DNA from: Bacteroidales bacterium
GTDB lineage: Bacteria > Bacteroidota > Bacteroidia > Bacteroidales > WCHB1-69
Assembly: GCA_017443175.1 (NCBI GenBank)
Contig: JAFSOZ010000012.1
Span: forward strand, 38,921 to 102,920
Reading direction: 5' to 3'
DNA: 64,000 nucleotides
Of this stretch, positions 35,682-46,400 are shown in pieces. The notes under the pieces are model-generated. The model worked only from the letters and a program-made list of their open reading frames with translations, was not told the origin of the DNA and did no database searches. Within the stretch, counting starts at the first letter, position 1, and each line of letters begins with the position of its first letter. The position numbers and the translations under genes are program-made.

Positions 35682-37136
35682 ATGCAATTTCACCCTGAAA
35701 AATGTAGAATTCCCGACGAAATAGGGAGACCCTTCATCGATGCCGATGAACTTTGGGATTACATCAACAACACGAAAAGCACGCCGGAGCGAGTGCGCGA
35801 GATTATCCAAAAATCTCTGGACAAGAACCGCCTGACACTGGAAGAGACGGCCGTGCTCATCAACACCACTGATCCGGAGTTGGTAGAAGAAATCAAGGAG
35901 GGCGCCCGCGAGCTGAAACGCCGCATCTACGGCAACCGCATCGTGCTCTTCGCGCCGCTCTATGTGGGCAACTACTGCGTTAACAACTGCAAATACTGCG
36001 GTTTCCGCTCCTCCAACCACGAGCAGGTGCGCACCACGCTGACCGATGAGGAATTTGTGCGCAACATCGAAGCTTTGGAAGAAGACGGCCAGAAACGTCT
36101 GATTCTCGTCTATGGCGAGTCGCCGAAATACTCTCCCGAGTTCATTGCACACACCACCAAGTTAGCCTACTCGGTGAAGAAAGGCAACGGCTCCATTCGC
36201 CGCGTCAACATCAACGCTGCCCCGTTAGATGTGGAAGGCTTCCGCATCGTGAAAGAGGCCGGCATCGGCACTTACCAGATTTTCCAGGAGACCTACCATC
36301 CGGAGGCCTACGCGTGGTACCATCCTGCCAACACCATCAAGGGCAACTTCGAGTGGCGACTCACCGCCATGGACCGCGCACAGCAGGCCGGCATTGACGA
36401 CAACGGTCTCGGCATCCTCTTCGGTCTGTACGACTGGCGTTTCGAGGTGATGGCCATGATTCGCCACACCAACCACCTGGAAGCCTGTTTCAATGTGGGT
36501 CCGCACACCATTTCCTTCCCGCGAATCAAAGATGCTTCCGGTTTGGACATCGACAAAAAATATTTCGTGGATGATGACACTTTCGAGAAGATCATCGCCA
36601 TCTTCCGTCTGGCCGTACCTTACACTGGCATGATTCTGACCGCCCGCGAGACCGCCGAGTTCCGCGCCAAGGCTATTCAATACGGTATCTCCCAAATTGA
36701 CGGCGGTACCAACCTGCAAATCGGCGACTACAAATATCACCACGAAGAAACCGAAAAGAACAGCGACAAACAGGAAGACCAGAACCTGCACCGTGAGCAG
36801 TTCAAAATCGGCGACGACCGCAACCTCGGCGATATCATCGAAGAACTGCTGGACGGCAACTACATTCCGAGCTTCTGTACAGCCTGCTACCGTCTGGGCC
36901 GCACGGGCGAGCACTTCATGGAGTTCAGCGTGCCGGGCTTCATCAAACGCTATTGCACGCCCAACGCCATCCTCACGCTGAGCGAATACTTGGTTGACTA
37001 CGCCACACCGGAAGTGGCCGCCAAAGGCTGGAAGGTCATCGAGAACAACCTCGTGAATGTGGATGAGAAGTTCCGCGACGAGCTGCTGAAGCGCATCGAG
37101 CGCATCAAGGCCGGCGAACGCGATCTCTATTTCTAA
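35682..37136 (+). CDS. hydG: [FeFe] hydrogenase H-cluster radical SAM maturase HydG
   Basis: 484 aa with the radical SAM motif CVNNCKYCGF and a C-terminal auxiliary cluster motif FCTACYRLGRTGEHFM...YCTPNA. Confidence 0.88.
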   Translation: MQFHPEKCRIPDEIGRPFIDADELWDYINNTKSTPERVREIIQKSLDKNRLTLEETAVLINTTDPELVEEIKEGARELKRRIYGNRIVLFAPLYVGNYCVNNCKYCGFRSSNHEQVRTTLTDEEFVRNIEALEEDGQKRLILVYGESPKYSPEFIAHTTKLAYSVKKGNGSIRRVNINAAPLDVEGFRIVKEAGIGTYQIFQETYHPEAYAWYHPANTIKGNFEWRLTAMDRAQQAGIDDNGLGILFGLYDWRFEVMAMIRHTNHLEACFNVGPHTISFPRIKDASGLDIDKKYFVDDDTFEKIIAIFRLAVPYTGMILTARETAEFRAKAIQYGISQIDGGTNLQIGDYKYHHEETEKNSDKQEDQNLHREQFKIGDDRNLGDIIEELLDGNYIPSFCTACYRLGRTGEHFMEFSVPGFIKRYCTPNAILTLSEYLVDYATPEVAAKGWKVIENNLVNVDEKFRDELLKRIERIKAGERDLYF

Positions 37137-37157
37137 AAAAAGTTAATAAGCCTGTAC

Positions 37158-37202
37158 AATCGGAGCGACAAACCGTCTTATGGCTCGTCGCTCCGATTTT
37201 TT
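37158..37202 (+). terminator. terminator after hydG
   Basis: AATCGGAGCGAC-loop-GTCGCTCCGATT is followed by TTTTT. Confidence 0.75.
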
Positions 37203-37235
37203 ATCTATCTTTGCGGCTCATTTAACACCATCACT

Positions 37236-38126
37236 ATGAAAAACCTGAAAATTATCAAAGCAGAATACCAGCGCGTCGGTTACGATGAAGCCGATATCGA
37301 AAAAGTGGAATTTGTGGAAACAGAAGCCTCCTACAATGAGGCCGGACAGATTGTCCGCGAGGAACGTTTCGATCCCGATGGAAACCGCAACACGCTTACC
37401 ATCAACTATTACAACGAAACCGGACATCTCATCCAGACGGAGCAGTTTGATCAGGACAACATCCTGCTGCAAAAGTCCGTGAACACCTACGATGATAAAG
37501 GACTGATGGTGCAACAGAGCAACTATTTCGGCAATGGCGAAACCGAGTATGTCACCCGCTTCATATACGATGAAAACGGGCATCTGCTTCGCCACGAAAT
37601 GTATGACGACGGCAAGTTGGACTATGTGGAAAGAGAAATGCACTACCAAAACGGCCGTTTGATCAAGGAGTTTGAAAACGACGACTATGGCAAAACCATG
37701 AATATCCATACATACGAATACAATGAAAAAGGTTTGGTTTCAAAATACATTCGCGATGAAGTCCAAAACAAAGACCGTCGCACCTACGAATACACCTACG
37801 ATGAAAAAAACAACTGTGTAAAAGAATTGGTTTACGACTACGAGAACAAGCTCATTGCCAAAACCTACCGCACCTACAACGAGAACAACCAGATGACGGA
37901 GACGGAAACCGAGGATTTGGACAACTATCGCAAGATTACGATGGAGTACGAAGGCGACCGCGTGGTAAAGAACTCCCTGCTCAATAAAAATGACGAGCTT
38001 CAAGGTTGGGCGGAATATACCTACGATGAAAACGGCAAGGAAAACTCTGCCAAGGAATTCATCCAGGACGAAGTGCAACCCGACCATTTCCGCCTGCTTC
38101 GCGAAACACGCTACGAAAGATCCTAA
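37236..38126 (+). CDS. leaderless YD/RHS-like repeat protein
   Basis: 296 aa made almost entirely of ~20-25-aa units (Y.YDE.G.L....YD..G.......Y). It has no signal peptide. Confidence 0.6.
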   Translation: MKNLKIIKAEYQRVGYDEADIEKVEFVETEASYNEAGQIVREERFDPDGNRNTLTINYYNETGHLIQTEQFDQDNILLQKSVNTYDDKGLMVQQSNYFGNGETEYVTRFIYDENGHLLRHEMYDDGKLDYVEREMHYQNGRLIKEFENDDYGKTMNIHTYEYNEKGLVSKYIRDEVQNKDRRTYEYTYDEKNNCVKELVYDYENKLIAKTYRTYNENNQMTETETEDLDNYRKITMEYEGDRVVKNSLLNKNDELQGWAEYTYDENGKENSAKEFIQDEVQPDHFRLLRETRYERS

Positions 38127-38158
38127 TTTACCTCTTGTTCCTCTTTCACCCCATTCAC
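38123..38158. repeat. 9-nt period array, degenerate (CTAATTTAC CTCTTGTTC CTCTTTCAC CCCATTCAC)
   Basis: It begins at the stop codon of the YD-repeat gene and ends just before the serS -7 box TATCTTTG (38169..38176). Confidence 0.5.
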
Positions 38159-38198
38159 CCATTTTTTATATCTTTGCGCCTTTAAAAAATTCAAAACG

Positions 38199-39470
38199 AT
38201 GCTACAAATACAACTTTTAAGAGAAAATCCCCAAGAAGTAATTGACAGACTGAAAATCAAGAATTTCGATGCTACTGATTTGGTGAATGAAATCCGTCAG
38301 TTAGATACCGATAACCGCACCCTTAAAAAGAATTTGGATGACAACCTGATGGAGCAGAACCAGGGTGCCAAGCAAATTGGTCAACTTTTCAAAGAGGGCA
38401 AGCGTGAAGAAGCCGAAGGCTTGAAAGCCCGCATGGCCGAGTTAAAAGAGGCCGAGAAAGTGGGCCGTACCAAACTGCAAGAGCAAGAAGAACTCCTGCA
38501 AAGCAAGATGGTGCTGCTGCCCAACCTGCCCAGTCCGGCAGTAGCCCCGGGCAAGGGCGCCGAGGACAATGAAATCGTCTATACCGAGGGCGACGCTTCC
38601 AACTTCGACTATGACGCCATGCCCCACTGGGATTTGGTAAAGAAATATGACATCATCGACTTCGAGTTAGGCAACAAGATCACCGGTGCCGGCTTCCCCG
38701 TCTATAAAGGCAAAGGTGCCCGCATGCAGCGCGCGCTCATCGACTTTTTCCTTGACAGTGCTGTGGCCGCCGGTTTCACTGAAGTCCAGCCGCCCTACAT
38801 GGTGAACGAAGACTCCGCCTACGGCACAGGCCAGCTGCCCGACAAGGAGGGCCAGATGTACCACTGCCAAGTCGATAACTTCTACTTGATCCCGACCGCT
38901 GAGGTGCCCGTCACGAACATCTACCGCGACGTGATCCTCAAGGAGAGCGACTTTCCGTTGAAGAACTGCGCCTACTCCGCCTGCTTCCGTCGCGAGGCCG
39001 GCTCTTACGGCAAGGATGTGCGCGGCCTCAACCGCCTGCACCAGTTCGACAAAATCGAGATTGTGGTCATCGAGCACCCCGACCGCTCCTACGAGACATT
39101 AGAGAAAATGACCAACTACGCCAAAGGACTGCTCACCAAGTTGGGGCTGCCGTTCCGCGTGCTCCGTCTCTGCGGCGGTGACATCAGCTTCACGTCTGCC
39201 CTTACCTACGACTTGGAGGTCTATTCCAAAGCCCAGCAAAAATGGCTGGAGGTCAGCTCCGTGTCCAACTTTGAATCCTATCAGGCCAACCGTCTGAAAT
39301 TGAGATACAAGGATTCCACTGGCAAGACCCGTCTCGCGCACACGCTCAACGGTAGCGCCCTGGCCCTGCCGCGCGTGCTCGCCGCCATTCTCGAAAACTA
39401 CCAGACCGACAAGGGCATTATCGTGCCCGAAGTGCTCCGTCCTTACACGCATTTCGACATTATCGACTAA
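38199..39470 (+). CDS. serS: serine--tRNA ligase
   Basis: 423 aa with an N-terminal coiled coil and class II motifs (FRREAGS, GSALALPR). Confidence 0.95.
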   Translation: MLQIQLLRENPQEVIDRLKIKNFDATDLVNEIRQLDTDNRTLKKNLDDNLMEQNQGAKQIGQLFKEGKREEAEGLKARMAELKEAEKVGRTKLQEQEELLQSKMVLLPNLPSPAVAPGKGAEDNEIVYTEGDASNFDYDAMPHWDLVKKYDIIDFELGNKITGAGFPVYKGKGARMQRALIDFFLDSAVAAGFTEVQPPYMVNEDSAYGTGQLPDKEGQMYHCQVDNFYLIPTAEVPVTNIYRDVILKESDFPLKNCAYSACFRREAGSYGKDVRGLNRLHQFDKIEIVVIEHPDRSYETLEKMTNYAKGLLTKLGLPFRVLRLCGGDISFTSALTYDLEVYSKAQQKWLEVSSVSNFESYQANRLKLRYKDSTGKTRLAHTLNGSALALPRVLAAILENYQTDKGIIVPEVLRPYTHFDIID

Positions 39471-39478
39471 CCGTCCCG

Positions 39479-41350
39479 ATGAAGCGCGTACTTTTATTTC
39501 TTTTGCTGCTGGTCTCTTTAGGCACGCTCGCCGCCCAACAAAGCGACGACGAGAAGCTTGCTTTGCAGTATTACAAGGACAAGGAGTACGACAAAGCCAT
39601 CGAACTTTTTGAGAAGATCCAGGCTAAAAAGCCCTCTTCCTACATTTACTATTACTACTACAATGCCCTGCTGGAGCTGGAAAGATACGGCGAGTTGGAA
39701 AAACTGGTCAAAAAACAGATCAAGAATTTCGCCAACGTCCAGCGATATAAAGTGGATTTGGGGTATGTATATGAGCGTTCCGGCGATAATACCAAGGCGG
39801 AGAAACAGTATCAGGAACTGCTGAAAAACCTCCAGGCCAAGGAATATGCCGTGCAGGAACTCTACAGCGCGTTCTACTCCAAGTTGAAAATCGACTATGC
39901 CATCGAGACCATCCAAAAGGGACGGCGGTTGATGAACAACCCGCTGCTGCTGTCCAAAGAGCTGATCAATCTGTATCAATACCAGCGCCAGACCGACAAA
40001 GTGATTGAGGAGGTGCTGTTGATGGTAAAGGATGACGACCAGCAGAAATTCATGGATCAGGCCAAGACCGCTATCCAGAACCTGCTCATGGATGACGAGG
40101 ACAACCAGAAGTATAACACGGTGAAAGTCAATCTGCAAAAGATCATCCAGAAAAACCCATCCAACCTCAGCTATCTCACTTTGTTGTATTGGGTCAACCA
40201 ACTGCATAAAGAGTACGGCGAAGCCTTTGTTCTTGCCAAGGCTATTGACAAGCGGATGAAGACCGAATGCGTCAAGACCTACGAGCTGGCGTGTCTGGCT
40301 GCCGACAACCGCGATTTCCCCACAGCCATTGAAGCGTTGGAGTACATCATCAACCTCGGCGATGGTGTTTTCAACTACAATCAAGCCAGAATGAAGATCC
40401 TGGATGTGCGCTACTCACAGCTAACCTCCACTTCTCCTGTCAAACTGACGGAAGCCTTACGGTTGATGAAGGATTATCAAACCGTCATCGATGAGAACGG
40501 CATCAACTCCGGCTCCATGGAATGGATACGAAAATATGCGCATTTGTTGGCTTTCTACGTCAACATGCCGCAGGAAGCCATTGAGGTGCTCAACCAGGCC
40601 ATGAATAACACCCGCGATGCCAAGGAGAAGAACCAATACAAGATCGACCTGGCCGATGTGCAACTCTACATGGGCAACGTATGGGACGCCACACTGAACT
40701 ATTCGCAGGTGGACAAGGATATGCCGAACGACGCCTTGGGAAATGAAGCCAAGTTCAAAAACGCCAAGCTTTCGTTCTATATCGGTGAGTTTGAATGGGC
40801 CAAAAGCCAACTTGACGTGCTCAGTGCGGCCACCTCCAAACTGGTGTCCAACGATGCCATCTACTTCTCCCTGCTCATTTCCGACAATCTGGAAGAGGAA
40901 GAAGAGGATGAGGACGATGAAGACACCACCTATCTGCTGTTTGAGAAAACCTCCACAAACCTTCCGTTGAAAAAATACGCCCAAGCCGATTTTCTCATCT
41001 TTCAAAACAAAGACGAACAGGCGTTGATAGAGCTCGACTCCGTCATTATCCTGTCTCCGTTAGGCACATTGGTGGATGACGCCCTCTATCAAAAGGCGCT
41101 CATCTACATCAAACAGAAAAACTATCTGGGTGCAGAGGCTCTTCTGAAACAGATTGAAGAGAAGCACGGACAGGAATTATTAGGCGACGACGCCGTATTC
41201 AAGCTGGCGGAACTTTACGAGTATTATCTCAAAGATATTCCGCAAGCCATGGAATATTATCTCAAAATCATGCAAAATTACAGCAGCAGTCTCTACGTGG
41301 TGGAGGCTCGCAAACACTACCGCGCCCTGCGTGGAGATGCCATAGAGTAG
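39479..41350 (+). CDS. TPR-repeat protein (secreted)
   Basis: 623 aa with a signal peptide and repeated A..YY....Y..A...F motifs. Confidence 0.7.
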   Translation: MKRVLLFLLLLVSLGTLAAQQSDDEKLALQYYKDKEYDKAIELFEKIQAKKPSSYIYYYYYNALLELERYGELEKLVKKQIKNFANVQRYKVDLGYVYERSGDNTKAEKQYQELLKNLQAKEYAVQELYSAFYSKLKIDYAIETIQKGRRLMNNPLLLSKELINLYQYQRQTDKVIEEVLLMVKDDDQQKFMDQAKTAIQNLLMDDEDNQKYNTVKVNLQKIIQKNPSNLSYLTLLYWVNQLHKEYGEAFVLAKAIDKRMKTECVKTYELACLAADNRDFPTAIEALEYIINLGDGVFNYNQARMKILDVRYSQLTSTSPVKLTEALRLMKDYQTVIDENGINSGSMEWIRKYAHLLAFYVNMPQEAIEVLNQAMNNTRDAKEKNQYKIDLADVQLYMGNVWDATLNYSQVDKDMPNDALGNEAKFKNAKLSFYIGEFEWAKSQLDVLSAATSKLVSNDAIYFSLLISDNLEEEEEDEDDEDTTYLLFEKTSTNLPLKKYAQADFLIFQNKDEQALIELDSVIILSPLGTLVDDALYQKALIYIKQKNYLGAEALLKQIEEKHGQELLGDDAVFKLAELYEYYLKDIPQAMEYYLKIMQNYSSSLYVVEARKHYRALRGDAIE

Positions 41351-41352
41351 CC

Positions 41353-42132
41353 ATGTATAACGATAAAGTACGAGCAAAAAAGAGATTAGGACAACATTTT
41401 CTCAAAAACGAGGATATTGCCCGAAGAATCGCGGAGGCTGTGCGCACTCCCGACGCACACGTGTTGGAAATCGGCCCCGGTATGGGTGTGCTCACTCAAT
41501 ATTTATTGCAACAAAACTTCGCAGACCTCGCCGTGGTGGAACTGGACGAAGAATCCGTGGCCTATCTGCAACAACATTTCCCGCAGTTGGGCGACAACCT
41601 CATCGCTGGCGATTTCCTGCGCATGGATTTAGCCGAACGCTATCAGGACAAGTTCGTCATCATAGGCAATTTCCCCTACAACATCTCCTCTCAAATCCTC
41701 TTCAAAGTGCTGGATTACAAAGATCAAGCCGTGGAGGTGGTGGGCATGTTCCAAAAAGAGGTGGCAGAGCGAGTGACGGCCAAAGCCGGCAACAAGCAAT
41801 ACGGCATTTTGAGTGTGCTTTTGGAGGCTTTCTATGACACCGAATACCTGTTCACGGTCGGAGAGAACGAGTTCAATCCGCCGCCGAAAGTGAAATCCGC
41901 CGTAGTGCGTCTTACCCGCAATTTCGACAAGAAATTGCATTGCGACGAGGCCACCTTTAAACTTGTGGTGAAAACCGCGTTCAACTACCGCCGCAAGACA
42001 CTGCGCAACGCACTGCAATCGCTACCCTTTCCCGCTGACTTGATTGCCTCTGACCCCATCTTCTCCAAACGCGCCGAACAGCTGACCGTACAAGATTACG
42101 AAAATCTATGCCTCCAACTCCATAAATCCTAA
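41353..42132 (+). CDS. rsmA: 16S rRNA (adenine1518/1519-N6)-dimethyltransferase
   Basis: It has KRLGQHFL, VLEIGPGMGVLT and IIGNFPYNISS. Confidence 0.93.
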   Translation: MYNDKVRAKKRLGQHFLKNEDIARRIAEAVRTPDAHVLEIGPGMGVLTQYLLQQNFADLAVVELDEESVAYLQQHFPQLGDNLIAGDFLRMDLAERYQDKFVIIGNFPYNISSQILFKVLDYKDQAVEVVGMFQKEVAERVTAKAGNKQYGILSVLLEAFYDTEYLFTVGENEFNPPPKVKSAVVRLTRNFDKKLHCDEATFKLVVKTAFNYRRKTLRNALQSLPFPADLIASDPIFSKRAEQLTVQDYENLCLQLHKS

Positions 42133-42199
42133 CCCCCATTACCCCCTTTACCCCTTTTACCTCTTGTACCTCATTCACCCCCTTAACCCCTTTACCCCA
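42133..42199. repeat. 9-nt period C-tract array (about 7 units)
   Basis: CCCCCATTAC CCCCTTTAC CCCTTTTAC CTCTTGTAC CTCATTCAC CCCCTTAAC CCCTTTAC fills the entire gap from the rsmA stop to the next ATG. Confidence 0.85.
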
Positions 42200-42577
42200 A
42201 TGAAAAAAGTAATGTATTTGTGCCTGCTCATCTGTATCATGGCAGGCTGTCAGTCGCAAAAGAAATTAGTTTCCGTGAACAAAGAGACAAACGAAGTAGA
42301 ACTCAAGGTAGGTCAATCCTGCGAGATACAGTTCCGCACCAACGCTTCCACCGGTTTTTGGTGGCAAATAGCCAACGCCGACGAAATCACGGTGGTGGAA
42401 TCCGGGGACAAACGCTATGAAAGCAATGCGCCGGAAGGCATGGTAGGCGCCTCCTCCGAGCTTTTCTGGAAGTTCACGGCCAAAGAAAAGGGCACACAAA
42501 CCATAAAATTTGTCTATGCCCGTCAGGATATCGATAAGCCTACCCGCACCCGTGACGTGGTAATCACAGTGAAATAA
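42200..42577 (+). CDS. chagasin-like (I42 family) peptidase inhibitor lipoprotein
   Basis: It has the lipobox LICIMAGC, then FRTNASTGFWW and ...GASSELFWKFTA...G...I.FVYAR, matching the I42 pattern. Confidence 0.65.
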   Translation: MKKVMYLCLLICIMAGCQSQKKLVSVNKETNEVELKVGQSCEIQFRTNASTGFWWQIANADEITVVESGDKRYESNAPEGMVGASSELFWKFTAKEKGTQTIKFVYARQDIDKPTRTRDVVITVK

Positions 42578-43797
42578 TGACACCCACCCGCATCTTTGTG
42601 GCCATTCCGGCCATGGATGAGCTACAGGAACTGCCCCTGACGCTTCAGGATTTGGCAGAACAGCACGTTCGTGTGCCGTTTGAGGTCCATGTCTGCGTGA
42701 ACCAGCCCGAGACCTATTGGCAGGATGAGAACCTCCATTCCATCTGTGTTCACAATCAAGAACTTCTCGCATATTTGAAAAACATTGCCGCGCTGCCGGT
42801 GCAAGTATTGGACTACGCCTCTCCCGGGAGAGGGTGGAAAGGGAAAAACCATGGCGTAGGGTGGGCGCGGAAGATGTTGTTCGACAACATCCTAACAGAA
42901 GCCAACCCCGATGACATTGTCATCAGTCTGGATGCCGACACGCGCATCCAGCCAGGCTATTTGCAGTCAATCGCGGACAATTTCGCGGCGCATCCCGAAT
43001 GGCCTGCCATTGCCGTGCCCTACTATCACCCGCTCACGGGCGACGAGGCACGCGACAGGGCCATTTTGCGCTATGAGCTCTACATGCGCAACTACGCTAT
43101 CAACCTGCTCCGGATCGGGAGCCCGTACGGGTTCACCGCTATCGGGTCGGCGATGGCCTTGCGCGCGGGGGCCCTGCGCAAAGTCGGAGGCATCACCCCG
43201 CTCAAGAGCGGCGAGGACTTCTATCTGATGCAGAAAATGCGCAAGATGGCGGTCGTGGGCCTCTACAACGACGAATGCGTCTATCCCGCCGCCCGCTACT
43301 CCTCCCGCGTGGCTTTCGGCACCGGCCCCGCCATGATGAAGGGCAGCCAGGGCGATTGGGACAGCTACCCCATCTTCGCCAAATCCTGTTTCGATTCCAT
43401 CGCGGAAAGCTATAAGCAGATTCCCCAACTCTTTCATCAAGACCGGCACACGGATTTCCTGGATTTCCTACAGGAAACAAGCCGGTCAGCAACTTCGTTA
43501 TGGCAGCCCATCCGGGACAATGTGAAAGATCTTCCCCACTTTGTACAGGCGTTTCACGAAAAGGCAGACGGGTTGCGAATACTGCAATACGTGCGCCGGC
43601 AGCACAAAAACACCCCAACAGGGGAATCTTCCACCCTCTATGATAATTTGTCTTCATGGATTCCGGAAACAATCCCTTCTTGGTGGAAGCCCGAACTGCG
43701 TTTTGAGCAGTTTTCGGTCGAACAAATGAACAACGTCCGAAATCTTCTTTTCCGCTACGAAAACGAGCTGAGAAAAAAGATTGACGATTACAAATAA
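42577..43797 (+). CDS. glycosyltransferase family 2-like protein
   Basis: 406 aa with the IFVAIPAMDE N-terminus and a SLDADT (DxD) motif. Its start overlaps the I42 stop (TAATG). Confidence 0.6.
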   Translation: MTPTRIFVAIPAMDELQELPLTLQDLAEQHVRVPFEVHVCVNQPETYWQDENLHSICVHNQELLAYLKNIAALPVQVLDYASPGRGWKGKNHGVGWARKMLFDNILTEANPDDIVISLDADTRIQPGYLQSIADNFAAHPEWPAIAVPYYHPLTGDEARDRAILRYELYMRNYAINLLRIGSPYGFTAIGSAMALRAGALRKVGGITPLKSGEDFYLMQKMRKMAVVGLYNDECVYPAARYSSRVAFGTGPAMMKGSQGDWDSYPIFAKSCFDSIAESYKQIPQLFHQDRHTDFLDFLQETSRSATSLWQPIRDNVKDLPHFVQAFHEKADGLRILQYVRRQHKNTPTGESSTLYDNLSSWIPETIPSWWKPELRFEQFSVEQMNNVRNLLFRYENELRKKIDDYK

Positions 43798-43858
43798 TAT
43801 TCTTATTTTTGCAGCCTTAAAAATACAGTATTAAAAAACGTAATTACTTATAAAATAA

Positions 43859-44875
<1,017 letters not shown>

Positions 44876-44911
44876 GAATCTGTTTTTTCAATCTTCTAAA
44901 CTTTTAAAAGA

Positions 44912-45550
44912 ATGAAAAAAGTAGTATCGTTATTGGCAACCGCACTTTTACTGTGCGCCACATTTGTTGTGTCTGCTCAAGAGAATCAAGAAAAGAAGAT
45001 CTCTTACAACATGATTAATGAATACGGATTTTACCTGGGCGGCGGTCCTCAAGGCGGCTCTCAGCAAACCAATGTCGGATTCGAGGGCTTGCTTATAAAC
45101 AGCATTCTCTTCAATCGCACGCAGGATTTGCTCGGTATCGGCTTGGGTTACTCCGTGGATGTTTGTGCCGGTCACGGTGTTCCGATGTTCTTGAACTACC
45201 GCCACTATTTCGATCGCGGCAAGGCTGTCAAACCCCTTGTCAACATCGCAGCAGGTGCCACGTTCATCTTCAGCGGAAACTTTGACTACTACGACGATTA
45301 TTACAACGGTGGATATTATAATGGGATTATCTATGATTTTCCTGGATCTGACAAATACAAAACCGGTTTCGGACTTTATGCTACCATTGCTTCCGGTTTC
45401 CGGTACAAAGCCCTCTCTTTTTCCGCCGGCTTTTATTTGAGAAGCAATCCCGTTAATCACTATGTAATTGATGGCACCGGCCACTATCAACTTGAACGTT
45501 ACAATGCGTTCAACGGTGGCATTCAGGCTAAACTTGGATATACCTTCTAA
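44912..45550 (+). CDS. small outer-membrane beta-barrel-like protein
   Basis: 212 aa with a signal peptide and G/Y-rich strands, ending in the aromatic residue ...KLGYTF. Confidence 0.55.
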   Translation: MKKVVSLLATALLLCATFVVSAQENQEKKISYNMINEYGFYLGGGPQGGSQQTNVGFEGLLINSILFNRTQDLLGIGLGYSVDVCAGHGVPMFLNYRHYFDRGKAVKPLVNIAAGATFIFSGNFDYYDDYYNGGYYNGIIYDFPGSDKYKTGFGLYATIASGFRYKALSFSAGFYLRSNPVNHYVIDGTGHYQLERYNAFNGGIQAKLGYTF

Positions 45551-45570
45551 TACGGAATTTTCTGTAACAC

Positions 45571-45606
45571 AAAAAAAGAACGGTCGCTTGACCGTTCTTT
45601 TTTTTA
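45571..45606. terminator. bidirectional terminator
   Basis: AAAAAAAGAACGGTC-GCTT-GACCGTTCTTTTTTTT. Confidence 0.8.
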
Positions 45607-46389
45607 TTCATCGTAATCGAATTTCAAATGTTTCACTGTCATTCCCTTGTTTATTAGCTGTTTCAGGGAATCGATGCCGATTTGCAAGTGTCGCACACTG
45701 AAATTTTTGCTCACCATCTTATCCGAGGCTTCCGTTTTAACCCCATCGGGTAACATGGGCTGGTCGGAGATTAGAAGCAACGCGCCGGTAGGAATGCGGT
45801 TGTAGAAGCCCACCGAAAACAGCGTGGCCGTTTCCATATCGACTGCCGTAGCCCGGATTTCGCGCAGATACTCCTTGAAATCCTCATCGTGCTCCCATAC
45901 GCGGCGGTTGGTGGTATATACTGTGCCCGTCCAGTAGTCCAGGCCATAATCGCGGATGGTGGTGGAGATAGCTTTCTCCAAATTGAAGGCCGGCAGCGCA
46001 GGCACCTCTTCCGGGAAATAGTCCAACGAAGTACCCTCACCCCGTATGCCCGCAATGGGGAGCAACAGCTCGCCGATGCCGATGTTGGCCTTCAAACTGC
46101 CGCACTTGCCCAAAAACAGGGCCGCCTTGGGTTTGATGGCAGATAGCAAATCCATGATGGTAGCAGCGTTGGCGCTGCCCATCGTGAAGTTGATGATGGT
46201 GATATTGTCCTTCGTCGCACACTTCATGGGATGGCCTTCGCCTTTCACTTCGGCGCCCATCAACTCTGCGAAGTTATTGACGTAATCCTGGAAATTGGTC
46301 AGCAGGATGTACTCGCCAAACTCCTCCAGTTTCATTCCCGTGTAACGCGGGAGCCAGTTTTGCACAATGTCTGATTTTGTCTTAAGCAT
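45604..46389 (-). CDS. amn: AMP nucleosidase (short, PNP_UDP_1 fold)
   Basis: 261 aa with a nucleoside phosphorylase-fold pattern (GKCGSL...DMETATLF) and an N-terminus like Bacteroidota AMP nucleosidases. Confidence 0.7.
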   Translation of the reverse strand: MLKTKSDIVQNWLPRYTGMKLEEFGEYILLTNFQDYVNNFAELMGAEVKGEGHPMKCATKDNITIINFTMGSANAATIMDLLSAIKPKAALFLGKCGSLKANIGIGELLLPIAGIRGEGTSLDYFPEEVPALPAFNLEKAISTTIRDYGLDYWTGTVYTTNRRVWEHDEDFKEYLREIRATAVDMETATLFSVGFYNRIPTGALLLISDQPMLPDGVKTEASDKMVSKNFSVRHLQIGIDSLKQLINKGMTVKHLKFDYDE

Positions 46390-46400
46390 ATTCTTTGTTT

